Source: Patescibacteria group bacterium | GTDB taxonomy: Bacteria > Patescibacteriota > Patescibacteriia > 2-01-FULL-39-33 | Direction of reading: 5' to 3' | DNA: 32,000 bases | Assembly (NCBI GenBank): GCA_041662745.1 | Contig: JBAZRV010000008.1 | Coordinates: 1 to 32,000, forward strand | Shown here: piece after piece, positions 1 to 8,963 of the stretch | Layout: each line of letters opens with the position of its first letter | Position numbering within the stretch: the stretch's first letter is position 1 | The notes under the pieces: model-generated | The model's input: the letters and a program-made list of their open reading frames with translations, nothing else | Told to the model about the DNA's origin: nothing | Database searches by the model: none | Program-made: the position numbers and the translations under genes

Positions 1-79
1 GCGACGCTCGACTGCTCTTTTCGCCTTCCGGCTCAAAGCTTGTCTCGCTTCTGACCTGTTCGATTCTCGCCCCGATATT

Positions 80-118
80 AAATATTTAAAACCAACTTGA
101 TAATTGGTTTTAATATTT
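80..118. other. AT-rich imperfect inverted repeat (hairpin) just 3' of tRNA-Trp on the transcribed minus strand
   Basis: aaatatt-t-aaaaccaa ... ttggtttt-aatattt; 15 bp stem with a single-base bulge and an 8-nt loop. Confidence 0.45.
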
Positions 119-123
119 ACTAG

Positions 124-194
124 CACGGGGTGAAGGAATCGAACCCTCGCTAAAGGTTTTGGAGACCTCTGTACTACCACTATACGAACCCCGC
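124..194 (-). tRNA. tRNA-Trp (anticodon CCA)
   Basis: Reverse complement GCGGGGTTCGTATAGTGGTAGTACAGAGGTCTCCAAAACCTTTAGCGAGGGTTCGATTCCTTCACCCCGTG folds as a cloverleaf. Acceptor GCGGGGT/ACCCCGT, anticodon loop CTCCAAA, T loop TTCGATT, discriminator G. Confidence 0.93.
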
Positions 195-237
195 ATAAAG
201 CGCGGTTTAATCCAACGCTAAATACCAAAATTAATAA

Positions 238-393
238 TTATTTGGTTTCTTTATGCATCGTGTGCTTGCGGCAGTGTTTGCAGTATTTGTTCATTTCCAA
301 TCTGCTCTTGAGAAGCTTCTTATTTTTGCTGGAAAAATAATTTATCTTCTTGCACTCGGTGCACTCAAATTTGATCATGTTGTCTTGAGACAT
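238..393 (-). CDS. rpmG: 50S ribosomal protein L33 (51 aa, below the ORF track length cutoff)
   Basis: Manual translation: [51 protein letters not shown]. Two CxxC zinc-ribbon pairs (CTEC, CKHC) and the L33 signature NKYCxxCxKHTxHKE. Confidence 0.93.
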   Translation of the reverse strand: MSQDNMIKFECTECKKINYFSSKNKKLLKSRLEMNKYCKHCRKHTMHKETK

Positions 394-416
394 AAAATTT
401 ACATTAGTTTTACCTA

Positions 417-489
417 AGCCAACTGTCGGACTCGAACCGACGACCTACGGTTTACAAAACCGTTGCTCTACCAGCTGAGCTAAGTTGGC
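417..489 (-). tRNA. tRNA-Thr (anticodon TGT)
   Basis: Reverse complement GCCAACTTAGCTCAGCTGGTAGAGCAACGGTTTTGTAAACCGTAGGTCGTCGGTTCGAGTCCGACAGTTGGCT; complete cloverleaf with anticodon loop TTTGTAA. Confidence 0.96.
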
Positions 490-549
490 CTATATAGTAA
501 AATGGCCTTAAATATTAAAATTGCCCTTTTATCTTAACATATTTTTATC

Positions 550-576
550 AAAAAAGCAAGCCAAGCCGATTTTGGC
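550..576 (-). terminator. Probable intrinsic terminator downstream of the miaB-like gene
   Basis: Minus strand GCCAA-AATCGGC-TTGGC followed by TTGCTTTTTT, immediately after the stop of 582..1886. Confidence 0.45.
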
Positions 577-581
577 CAAAA

Positions 582-1886
582 TCAACCGAGAATCTTCTCC
601 CCGGCCAAAGAAAAACTCTTGGCTGATGTTATCTTAACCTTAACCGTCTGTCCGATTAGTTTCTTGGGCCCGCCAAAAGCCACTACTTTGCCCGAGGCGG
701 TTCGGCCGTAGCATTTACCTGCCTTGTAGCCGTCAACCAAAATCGCTTCCACCCGTCCCAGATACTTCTGATTATTAGCCAAGGCCGTCTGCTTTAAAAT
801 ATCATTCAACTCCTCCTCGCGCCGTTTCTTCTCCGCTTGGGGCACATTATCCTTCAACTTGGCGGCGGCGGTTTGCGGCCGCGGCGAATATTGCGCCAGA
901 TAAGCCATATCAAACCGGCACTGACGCATCAATTTAGCTGTATTCAAAAATTGTTTTTTGGATTCGCCGGGAAAACCGACGATGATATCGGTGGAAATAG
1001 CGATATCGGGTCTGGCGCGCCTGAAACGATTAACCAAAGCCAAAAATTTCTTGGCCGTATATCTGCGATTCATGGCTTTCAGAATCACATCGTCGCCTGA
1101 CTGCAAAGCCAAATGCAAATGTGGCGCGATATGCCGGCCATTGGCCATAACCCTTATCAATTCAGCAGACAGGTCTTTAGGGTGCGAAGTCATAAACCTT
1201 AACCGGTAATTTCCGGGCAACTTGTCAATCTTGCTTAATAACTGCGAAAAATCAATTTCGCCGCATAAATAAGAATTAACATTCTGTCCCAACAGAATAA
1301 TTTCCTTATAACCCCGCTTAATCAAGCTCCGACATTCTTTGATGATGCTGTCAGCCGGCCGATGTTTCTCCCGGCCTCGCGTATGAGGCACGGCGCAATA
1401 AGAACAAAAATTATTACAGCCGTTACTAATCGGCACCAGGGCGGAAAATTCCGATGAAGGCTGGGCCGGCAAACACAGGTAATCTTCCGCCTTAAACGCT
1501 TCGCCGCCGCCCAAAATTTCCGGCAAGCGCCAAATTTCCGTAATCGGCATGATACTGTCGAAAAATTTCGACAGTTTTTTCCGATCCCTATCCAGAACGC
1601 AACCGGTCAAAATAGTCGTCAGCCGACCGGCCTGACGGCGTTTTTGCCACAATTGCGCCTTGCCCATAACCCGGTCCACGGCCGCTTGCCTGACCGAACA
1701 AGCCACGACGACAATCAAGTCGGCCGCACCCTCAGCCTCGCTCGCTCGCCAGCCCGAATCATTAAGCAAACGGCTGATGCGTTCGGCATCAGCCTGGTTC
1801 ATTTGGCAACCCAAGACAAGAAGATAGTATTTTTTAGCGGATTTTTTCATGCAATTCATTATACAAAAAACACGAAAACAAATCAA
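582..1886 (-). CDS. miaB: MiaB-family tRNA 2-methylthioadenosine synthase (radical SAM methylthiotransferase)
   Basis: N-terminal LGCQMNQADAE motif, radical SAM CNNFCSYCAVPHTRG (CxxxCxxC), EIILLGQNVNSY, and a TRAM-like C-terminus. The true start may be the internal Met of MKKSAKKYY near 1850. Confidence 0.9.
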   Translation of the reverse strand: MICFRVFCIMNCMKKSAKKYYLLVLGCQMNQADAERISRLLNDSGWRASEAEGAADLIVVVACSVRQAAVDRVMGKAQLWQKRRQAGRLTTILTGCVLDRDRKKLSKFFDSIMPITEIWRLPEILGGGEAFKAEDYLCLPAQPSSEFSALVPISNGCNNFCSYCAVPHTRGREKHRPADSIIKECRSLIKRGYKEIILLGQNVNSYLCGEIDFSQLLSKIDKLPGNYRLRFMTSHPKDLSAELIRVMANGRHIAPHLHLALQSGDDVILKAMNRRYTAKKFLALVNRFRRARPDIAISTDIIVGFPGESKKQFLNTAKLMRQCRFDMAYLAQYSPRPQTAAAKLKDNVPQAEKKRREEELNDILKQTALANNQKYLGRVEAILVDGYKAGKCYGRTASGKVVAFGGPKKLIGQTVKVKITSAKSFSLAGEKILG

Positions 1887-1922
1887 TGCTTCCGTGCCTC
1901 GGCCGATTATCCGATCGGACCG

Positions 1923-2057
1923 TTAGCTGGTCGCCACCCAAGCCAAGAGAGCGGAAATAGCCGCCGAACCCAAAAGCATCCAGGCGGTCATAGCGACAAC
2001 CTTTTTGACAATTGAAGTCTTGACGGCGGTAATAGTTGACGGCTGTTTATAGTTCAT
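1923..2057 (-). CDS. Small single-pass membrane protein, 44 aa (not in ORF track)
   Basis: Manual translation: MNYKQPSTITAVKTSIVKKVVAMTAWMLLGSAAISALLAWVATS*. Basic N-terminus plus one hydrophobic helix, filling the gap between two same-strand genes. Confidence 0.5.
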   Translation of the reverse strand: MNYKQPSTITAVKTSIVKKVVAMTAWMLLGSAAISALLAWVATS

Positions 2058-2068
2058 AACCGCTATGA

Positions 2069-3166
2069 TTATTTAATGACGATTTTAATGCGTCCGGCAT
2101 CATCGGGGGTAATATCACGCCAAGACGGAGAAATATCCACTTTGATATCCTTAATTACTCCCGTCTTCTGGGCATAATCCATAATCTCATCGGCGGTACG
2201 GCCGGTAAAATTTGATTTTTCCAATATGGGGCTGTCGGCGGTTAAATATCCTTGCAAAGGGTAGTTGATTTTAACCGCTATGTTTTCCGAATTATTGGCA
2301 TCCAAAACAGTAATTTGTATCAATCGCTGATCAATGTCTTCCACGCTTAAATCATTAAAGTTAATTTTCTGAGCCTTGTCTTTTATCAACTCGGCTAAAG
2401 CGCCGGTATCCGCGCTGATAGTCTTAAGGCGCACTGTTCCGGTCATGGTGAAAAAACTCGCCTCGTCGCCCAACTTTTTATCAATCTTATAGCTGACCAA
2501 TTCGCCCAAAACGATTCCGGCGGTAGTAGAGGCCTGGGCTTCGGCTACGGCTTGAGCCACGAGTTCCTTTTTGGCGCGATTAATATCGGTTTCGCCGATT
2601 ACCTTAACGGCACCGGCAGCATTCTGTTGCAACGGACTGATAATCTGCCCAAAAATCTTGCTTTGCAGAACCGTTGCTAATTTAATTATGGTCAAATTCC
2701 CGCTGGTAATCGGCTGGAAAGCAGCCGGATCCTTGGGGAAGACGTTAACCGTTACGCTGCCGCCGGCCGGTATGTTGACACCTTCATCAGTCCTGACGAT
2801 AACCCCATTCTCTCCCTGCAATTGGGTGGTTCTGACCAACTGTTGGCTCTTGCTGTATTGATTGACTATTTTTACTTGGCCGACTATGTTTGAAGCTTGG
2901 GATTTGGTGGATGAAGCCTCAAACATTTTTTCTACGGTTTTATTAGTAATACTGAGAGTGCCGCCCACCGCTCCTTGCTTGGCGATTTCCGCCGGCGTAG
3001 AACTGGTTTTTATTTCCGTATTGAAACTTAAATTAACCACTTGCACCTCGGGCGTAATCACGATAGTCGCTTGAGAATAAAACAACAAAAACACGGCCGA
3101 GATGACAACCGCGGCGCAAATAATGAAAACAATGGCAATATTGCGATAGAGCGTTATTCTGCCCAT
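2069..3166 (-). CDS. Hypothetical protein with an N-terminal TM helix and a long extracytoplasmic region, possibly baseplate J-like
   Basis: ITLYRNIAIVFIICAAVVISAVFLLF TM segment followed by a beta-rich region. Domain assignment is by style only. Confidence 0.55.
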   Translation of the reverse strand: MGRITLYRNIAIVFIICAAVVISAVFLLFYSQATIVITPEVQVVNLSFNTEIKTSSTPAEIAKQGAVGGTLSITNKTVEKMFEASSTKSQASNIVGQVKIVNQYSKSQQLVRTTQLQGENGVIVRTDEGVNIPAGGSVTVNVFPKDPAAFQPITSGNLTIIKLATVLQSKIFGQIISPLQQNAAGAVKVIGETDINRAKKELVAQAVAEAQASTTAGIVLGELVSYKIDKKLGDEASFFTMTGTVRLKTISADTGALAELIKDKAQKINFNDLSVEDIDQRLIQITVLDANNSENIAVKINYPLQGYLTADSPILEKSNFTGRTADEIMDYAQKTGVIKDIKVDISPSWRDITPDDAGRIKIVIK

Positions 3167-3170
3167 AAGC

Positions 3171-4100
3171 TTAATTGTTTACCAGCCACTCTCTAACCAC
3201 CTTCCGGATGTCTTGATCGGTAACCCGCAACGGCTTCTTGCCGGCGGCGGCTAAATTCTCTATGTGAACCCGGCTGCAAGCCTCGTCAATGGCGTCAATG
3301 GCCTTATCCGGATAAGAACGCCCCTTGATGGCCTTAGTGGCCGTAACGGCCGTTTTAATGGCTGAGGGAGTGATAATAACTTTGTGGTACTTCTCGTAAA
3401 TAGCCTTGATGCCTTGCAGTATCTGTTCGGTTTGAGCCGCTGTCGGTTCGGAGACAAACACCGGCTGTAAACGGCGATCCAAAGTCTTGTCCTGCTTGAT
3501 GAATTTCAAGTATTCGTCTTTGGTGGTGGCGCCTACGACTTGCAATTCGCCACGCGCCAAAAGAGGCTTCAAGATATCGGCGGCGTTAATGGCTCCTTCA
3601 GCCACTCCGGCTTCGGCCAAAATATGTATCTCATCAATAAATAAAATAATAACGCGTTTGGCGGCAATAATCTCATCGGTTATCTTCTTTAATCGCTGTT
3701 CAAACTCGCCACGATACTTGGTGCCGGCCAAAATACCGGTCAAATCCAAGGCCAGAACTTTCTTGCCGTACAGGGAGTTGGGCACTTGTTTGGCAACAAT
3801 GCGCAAAGCCAAACCCTCCGCCACCGCAGTTTTGCCGACACCGGCAGCGCCGACCAAGACGGGATTATTCTTAGTGCGACGGGACAAAATCTCCACCACC
3901 CGAGAAATCTCATGATCGCGCCCGATAACCGGATCAAGCTTTTTTTCTACGGCCAAACGAGTCAGATCTCTGGAATATTTGGCTAAAATAGAACCGGAAT
4001 TAATGCCGACGCTGCCTCCGCCCCAACCTGATTGGCGATAAAGATAATATAAAACGGGGGCCAGAATCAAAACTCCGACAAGCAAAAGAATCTGATCCAT
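3171..4100 (-). CDS. Membrane-anchored single-domain ClpA/B/C-type (D1) AAA+ ATPase
   Basis: N-terminal TM MDQILLLVGVLILAPVLYYLY, then RDLTRLAVEKKLDPVIGRDHEISRVVEILSRRTKNNPVLVG, Walker A GAAGVGKTAVAEG, Walker B VIILFIDEIHIL, KYRGEFEQRLKK. Ends at the D1 boundary with no D2 domain. Confidence 0.85.
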   Translation of the reverse strand: MDQILLLVGVLILAPVLYYLYRQSGWGGGSVGINSGSILAKYSRDLTRLAVEKKLDPVIGRDHEISRVVEILSRRTKNNPVLVGAAGVGKTAVAEGLALRIVAKQVPNSLYGKKVLALDLTGILAGTKYRGEFEQRLKKITDEIIAAKRVIILFIDEIHILAEAGVAEGAINAADILKPLLARGELQVVGATTKDEYLKFIKQDKTLDRRLQPVFVSEPTAAQTEQILQGIKAIYEKYHKVIITPSAIKTAVTATKAIKGRSYPDKAIDAIDEACSRVHIENLAAAGKKPLRVTDQDIRKVVREWLVNN

Positions 4101-4164
4101 AAAAATTCATTAATTTTAAGACCGCTGACTTATGGTACTGCTTAAATTATAGCATAATTGCGGC

Positions 4165-7100
4165 CTAAGCCACAACCGTACCCGGCCCCAAAAGCTTTTC
4201 TGCGGCTTGCTTGAAAGATTCAGAATAATTAACCCGAAAATTAGTGCGGATCTTCTCTTTTCCGGCAGTATTGCTTATCATCAACTCAATGATATGATTG
4301 CCTGGGTAGGCGAAGATAAGCGCTTTAAGCTGTTTGGTTAAGTCATAATCCAAGGGCGGATTCAAATTGAAAGTAATAATCTTCTCAATTGTTTTCGGGG
4401 CCGAGACCGAAACAGCCGACTGCCGGCTGTTATCATAGCCATTGCCGTTACCCCACTGCCTCCGTCCGCGACTCGGCTGATCCCTAGAACTGACCAAAAA
4501 ATTATCCAAAGTTTCCTTTAATCCCTCTTGATTCAATATCGCCGCTAAATCGCAAAGGATCTTACGCTCACCGTCCTTGTCGGAGACGGTGCCGCTGGCG
4601 ATGATAATCGTATCCGGTTGCCATAAATGCGGGTTCTGTTCCAAAATTTTGGGAAAAACCAGAATCTCTATTTCGCCGGACGTATCTTCAACTTTGACAA
4701 ACAGCATGGCATCGCCTTTTTTGGTATAAATTTTCTTGACGTTAGTAATCACTCCCGCCACCCTGACTTGAACGCCGTCAACACAGCCCCTTAAGGTGGC
4801 GCAAGCGGCGGCATAATTGGAAGTAACAGCCGCATAATCGCTCATAGGATGCTCGGAGATATACAAACCCAGCGATTCTTTTTCCCATAACAGCTTGGTT
4901 TTTTTATCTAACGGCGGAGCCGGTTCCAATTTTAACCGAGGCAAAGCCACTTGGGGCGACAAATCAAACAGTGAGTCCTGTTTCTCATCGGTGCTTCTGG
5001 TTGCTTCCTGAATAAATTTCAACAGTCGCTCCATGTTCTGCAATAATAGATTGCGTTCGCTTAAAGAATCAGACGCTCCGGCTTTGATTAAAGCCTCCAG
5101 TGACCGTTTGTTCAAGTCCTTGCTTTTGACGCGGGACAAGAAATCAACCAAATCGGAATAGCGGCCGTTGGCTTTCCTCTCCGCGATTATTTCTTTGACA
5201 ATATTTTCGCCCAAACCTTTCACCGCCATCAAGCCAAAACGCACGCGAGGCTTGGCCGTGGCTAAAGTTTGCGCCACCACGCCGAAATCGGCAAACGACT
5301 CGTTAATATCGGGAGGCAGAACTTCAATGCCCAATTGGCGGCATTCATCAACCTCAATGGCGATGCGGTCAAGATTCTGCTGATCGGAAGTCAATAGCGC
5401 CGCCATGAACTCGGCCGGATAATTGGCTTTCAGGTAGGCGGTCTGATAAGCGATCAAGGCGTAGCAAGCGGCATGAGAACGATTGAAACCGTAAGCGGCA
5501 AAAGGCAAAATGAATTCCCAAATCTTCTCGGCCACGCGACGATCAATATTATTTTTGACCATGCCGTCCACCATTTTGATTTCCTGTTCATGCAATAATT
5601 CCTTAATCTTCTTGCCTACGGCCTTGCGCAACACATCGGCTTCGCCATAAGTGAAACCGGCCAAATCCCGGGCAATACGCAATAATTGTTCCTGATAGAC
5701 GGCCACGCCGTAAGTGCCTTTAAGAATCGGCTCCAGCTTTGGATGCAGATATTGAGGCTTCTTACGGCCATGCTTGCCGTTAATGTAATCAGGAATATAT
5801 TCCATCGGTCCGGGACGATACAGCGCCACCATGGCGATCAAATCTTCCAGATCTGTCGGGGCCAGTTGCTTTAAGTAACGTTTCATGCCGGCGCTTTCAA
5901 ACTGAAATACGCCGGTGGTTTTGCCTTCCTGAAAGAGCTTATAGCTTTTCTTGTCGTCTAAGGGAATACTATCAACATCTATGTCAATGTTATGAATTTT
6001 TTTAATGATGCGCAGCGCCTGTTCAATGATAGTCAAATTGGACAGGCCCAAAAAGTCCATTTTTAACAGCCCCAAATCTTCCACTGAGTGGCCTTCGTAC
6101 TGGACAACGATTGATTCGCCCGAGCCGTATTGGCGCGGCGCATAATAGTCCAGCGATTCCGGCGTAATCACTACGCCGCAGGCATGGGTGGAGGCATGAC
6201 GGCAGACGCCTTCCAACCGTTTGGCCGTGGCAATCAGCTTGGCGCCGTCGCTGTCATTTAAAATATCCTTCATCTCGGGCACCGCTTCGCAGGCCTCAGT
6301 CAAATTCATACCCATGGGTATCAGCTTGGCTACGCGATCGCAATAATTATAAGGCAGGCTCATTACCCGGCCCACATCGCGAATGGCGTTTCTGGCGGCC
6401 ATAGTGCCAAAAGTGATAATCTGCGCCACATGATCGCGTCCGTACTTGTCGGCCACATAGCTTAATACTTCATCACGCCGGCTGTCAGCGAAATCAGTAT
6501 CAATATCAGGCATGGAAATACGTTCGGGATTTAAGAAACGCTCAAACACCAAATCATACTTAACCGGATCAATATTAGTGATCTGCGTCAAATAAGACAC
6601 CAGGGAACCGGCGGCGGAACCGCGGCCCGGACCGACGACGATATTGCCATCTTTAGCCCAATTGATAAAATCGGAGACAATCAAAAAGTATCCGGCATAA
6701 CCGGTTTTAGCGATAACCGAAAGCTCGTAGGACAAACGCTCCCTGATCTCCGGCGTAATCTGTTCCGGTTTAAATCTCTCCCGTAACCCCTGCTCGCATA
6801 ATTCCCGCAAATAATCATCGGCGGTCTGGCCTTCGGGCAAAGGGAAATTGGGCAAGATATTATCGCCCAACTGCAATTCCAAATTGCACATCTCCGCCAC
6901 CTTCAGCGTATTGGCTATGACTTCAGGATGATCGGCGAAATCAGCGATCATTCGTTCCTGTGATTTGAACGACAAATCAAAACCGATGTAACTCATGCGA
7001 TCCTGGTCGCTCAAAGTTTTTTTGGTCTGAATGCAAAGGAGGGCATCCTGGGCATACTCGTCTTCCTGTCGCGGATAATGGACATCATTAGTCGCTACCA

Positions 7101-7704
7101 CGGCCGCACCGGTTTCTTCGGCCAAACGGTAGATTTGTTCATTTAGTTTATTCTGCTTGTCAAAATTAGGATGGTACTGCGCTTCCAAGAAAAAATTTTC
7201 CCGACCCAGCAAATCCTGATAGCGAGCGATCATCTCGCGCGCGCTTTTTAAATCATTGTTTAGAATATAACCCGGCAACTCTCCGGCAACGCAAGCGGTC
7301 AAGGCTATTAATCCTTCGTGATGTTCCTGCAACAACTCCCAATCAATGCGCGGCTTATAATAAAATCCCTGCAGATGGGCAATGGTCGTTAGTTTGACTA
7401 AATTATGATAACCAATCTTGTCTTTGGCTAACAAAATCAAATGCCAGGGCCGCTCGTCAATTTTGGGACGTTTATTCAAATGGCCGTTCCTGGCCACATA
7501 AGCCTCCACGCCGATAATCGGTTTTATCCCCGCCTTCTTGGCTTTTTTATAAAACTCTATCGCTCCGTACATTACGCCATGATCGGTCAAGGCCATGGCC
7601 GGCATCTCGTATTGCTTGGCGATTTTTATCAACTCATCAATCTGCCCCAAGCCGTCAAGCAAAGAGTAATGGGAGTGGACGTGGAGATGGACAAATTGAG
7701 ACAT
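4165..7704 (-). CDS. dnaE: DNA polymerase III subunit alpha
   Basis: PHP domain FVHLHVHSHYSLLDGLGQ, VVGPGRGSAAGSLVSYLTQIT, MPDIDTDFAD, YAAYGFNRSHAACYALIAYQTAYLKANYPAEFMAALL, C-terminal OB fold. ORF extends to 7749 but MSQFVHLHVHSH is the likely start. Confidence 0.96.
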   Translation of the reverse strand: MSQFVHLHVHSHYSLLDGLGQIDELIKIAKQYEMPAMALTDHGVMYGAIEFYKKAKKAGIKPIIGVEAYVARNGHLNKRPKIDERPWHLILLAKDKIGYHNLVKLTTIAHLQGFYYKPRIDWELLQEHHEGLIALTACVAGELPGYILNNDLKSAREMIARYQDLLGRENFFLEAQYHPNFDKQNKLNEQIYRLAEETGAAVVATNDVHYPRQEDEYAQDALLCIQTKKTLSDQDRMSYIGFDLSFKSQERMIADFADHPEVIANTLKVAEMCNLELQLGDNILPNFPLPEGQTADDYLRELCEQGLRERFKPEQITPEIRERLSYELSVIAKTGYAGYFLIVSDFINWAKDGNIVVGPGRGSAAGSLVSYLTQITNIDPVKYDLVFERFLNPERISMPDIDTDFADSRRDEVLSYVADKYGRDHVAQIITFGTMAARNAIRDVGRVMSLPYNYCDRVAKLIPMGMNLTEACEAVPEMKDILNDSDGAKLIATAKRLEGVCRHASTHACGVVITPESLDYYAPRQYGSGESIVVQYEGHSVEDLGLLKMDFLGLSNLTIIEQALRIIKKIHNIDIDVDSIPLDDKKSYKLFQEGKTTGVFQFESAGMKRYLKQLAPTDLEDLIAMVALYRPGPMEYIPDYINGKHGRKKPQYLHPKLEPILKGTYGVAVYQEQLLRIARDLAGFTYGEADVLRKAVGKKIKELLHEQEIKMVDGMVKNNIDRRVAEKIWEFILPFAAYGFNRSHAACYALIAYQTAYLKANYPAEFMAALLTSDQQNLDRIAIEVDECRQLGIEVLPPDINESFADFGVVAQTLATAKPRVRFGLMAVKGLGENIVKEIIAERKANGRYSDLVDFLSRVKSKDLNKRSLEALIKAGASDSLSERNLLLQNMERLLKFIQEATRSTDEKQDSLFDLSPQVALPRLKLEPAPPLDKKTKLLWEKESLGLYISEHPMSDYAAVTSNYAAACATLRGCVDGVQVRVAGVITNVKKIYTKKGDAMLFVKVEDTSGEIEILVFPKILEQNPHLWQPDTIIIASGTVSDKDGERKILCDLAAILNQEGLKETLDNFLVSSRDQPSRGRRQWGNGNGYDNSRQSAVSVSAPKTIEKIITFNLNPPLDYDLTKQLKALIFAYPGNHIIELMISNTAGKEKIRTNFRVNYSESFKQAAEKLLGPGTVVA

Positions 7705-7767
7705 GATTAATGGCTTAAATGTTTTTATAATAAGGGGAAAAATAACCAAAAATAACCGATTAAAGAC

Positions 7768-7797
7768 AAAAACTCCCCGATCAGAGAGAGTTTTGTT
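7768..7797 (-). terminator. Possible intrinsic terminator between 7868..8950 and dnaE
   Basis: Minus strand AAAACTC-TCTCTGATCGGG-GAGTTTT followed by TGTCTTT; T tract is imperfect. Confidence 0.35.
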
Positions 7798-7867
7798 TAA
7801 TTAGAAAAAACCTTATCTCAAGTTTTATTATACAAAAAAACAGCGTTTAAACAAAATTAACAGCCGC

Positions 7868-8950
7868 CTATTTTAGAACGGCCGCAACTGTCAGATCTTG
7901 GCCGCCGCGGGACAAAACAATCTCTATCTTATCGCCCATCTTAAAATTATTAATCGCATCGGCTAAACCCTGATAAACATTAAGTTCAAAATCGTTTATT
8001 TTTTTAATAATATCGCCCTTCTTAACTAAGCCGAAGGCCGCACTCCCGCGTACCGGCTCGGCAATGACATAAGCGCCTTTATCACCCCAATCAGCCAAAC
8101 CGTCAGCCTGAGCCAAATCAATGTAATCCACTCCCAGGGCCGCTCGAACAATTTTCTTGTTATTCAATAATCCGGCAATCAACTGGGAAAAATAATCAAC
8201 GGGAATGGCTGAGCCATTATCAATTACGCCGATTACCTCTCCCTTAAAATTAACCAGCAGACCGCCGTTATAGCTATCGGCTAAAACCCGATCCAGATAA
8301 ATTCTTTTTTGCGGATAATCCGAGTTAAGCTTCAAATCGCTGGCGGTGGAAAAAATATAGCCGATCTTGGTTATATGATTCACTTCCAAGCGGTTATGTC
8401 CGGAAACAATCACGACCGTCTGGCCCAGTGATAAACTGCTGGATTTGCCGATTTTAGCAACTGGCAAATTATTAGCCGGCATTTTGCCAAAAACCATCCC
8501 AGTAGCCTGATCATCAATAAAGTCAGACAGCGCATATTGCTTATTCTGATAACCCACAGCCGCATAAGTCCCCTTGAGGTTGCCAATAACGGCGCGAGAA
8601 CTGACTACCCAACCGTCGGCAGTCAAAACAAAACCGTGACCCAAAGCTTCGCTGGCGGTGAAAGCGGCGCTCAGGGGCTCGGTTGATTTTTTGCTATGGT
8701 AAATATTGACGATAGCGGGCAAGAGGTCGTTTTCTATCTGTTTCATTTGCGTATCCTGCTCAATCACCACGCTGCGCGGTTGCTGAATGACGATTCTATC
8801 AGTTAAGGCCGCCGAAGAAAAATTCAGTTGATTAAGAATCGGGATTTGCAACGAGGAGGAGCTGATAATGACAAAACCCAAGAAACCGGACAACAAGCCG
8901 AAACAGATTGATAAAATGATGACCAAAAATGTCTGTGATGGTTTAAACAT
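7868..8950 (-). CDS. HtrA/DegP-like trypsin-fold protein with a C-terminal PDZ domain, predicted catalytically inactive
   Basis: GHGFVLTADGWVVSSRAVIG, LGQTVVIVSG, DSYNGGLLVNFKGEVIGVIDNG and PDZ AYVIAEPVRGSAAFGLVKKGDIIKKINDFELN. N-terminal TM helix. The canonical H, D and S positions appear substituted. Confidence 0.8.
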   Translation of the reverse strand: MFKPSQTFLVIILSICFGLLSGFLGFVIISSSSLQIPILNQLNFSSAALTDRIVIQQPRSVVIEQDTQMKQIENDLLPAIVNIYHSKKSTEPLSAAFTASEALGHGFVLTADGWVVSSRAVIGNLKGTYAAVGYQNKQYALSDFIDDQATGMVFGKMPANNLPVAKIGKSSSLSLGQTVVIVSGHNRLEVNHITKIGYIFSTASDLKLNSDYPQKRIYLDRVLADSYNGGLLVNFKGEVIGVIDNGSAIPVDYFSQLIAGLLNNKKIVRAALGVDYIDLAQADGLADWGDKGAYVIAEPVRGSAAFGLVKKGDIIKKINDFELNVYQGLADAINNFKMGDKIEIVLSRGGQDLTVAAVLK

Positions 8951-8963
8951 AAAAAATATTATT

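Noticed and set aside
1-60. Possible partial tRNA at the left edge (ttcgattctcgcccc resembles a T arm and acceptor)
   Set aside because: No matching D arm, anticodon arm or acceptor partner could be found within the available sequence.
1900-1922. GC-rich hairpin between miaB and the 44-aa ORF (cggccgattatccgatcggaccg)
   Set aside because: The stem has a bulge and is not followed by a T tract on either strand, so it is not supported as an intrinsic terminator.
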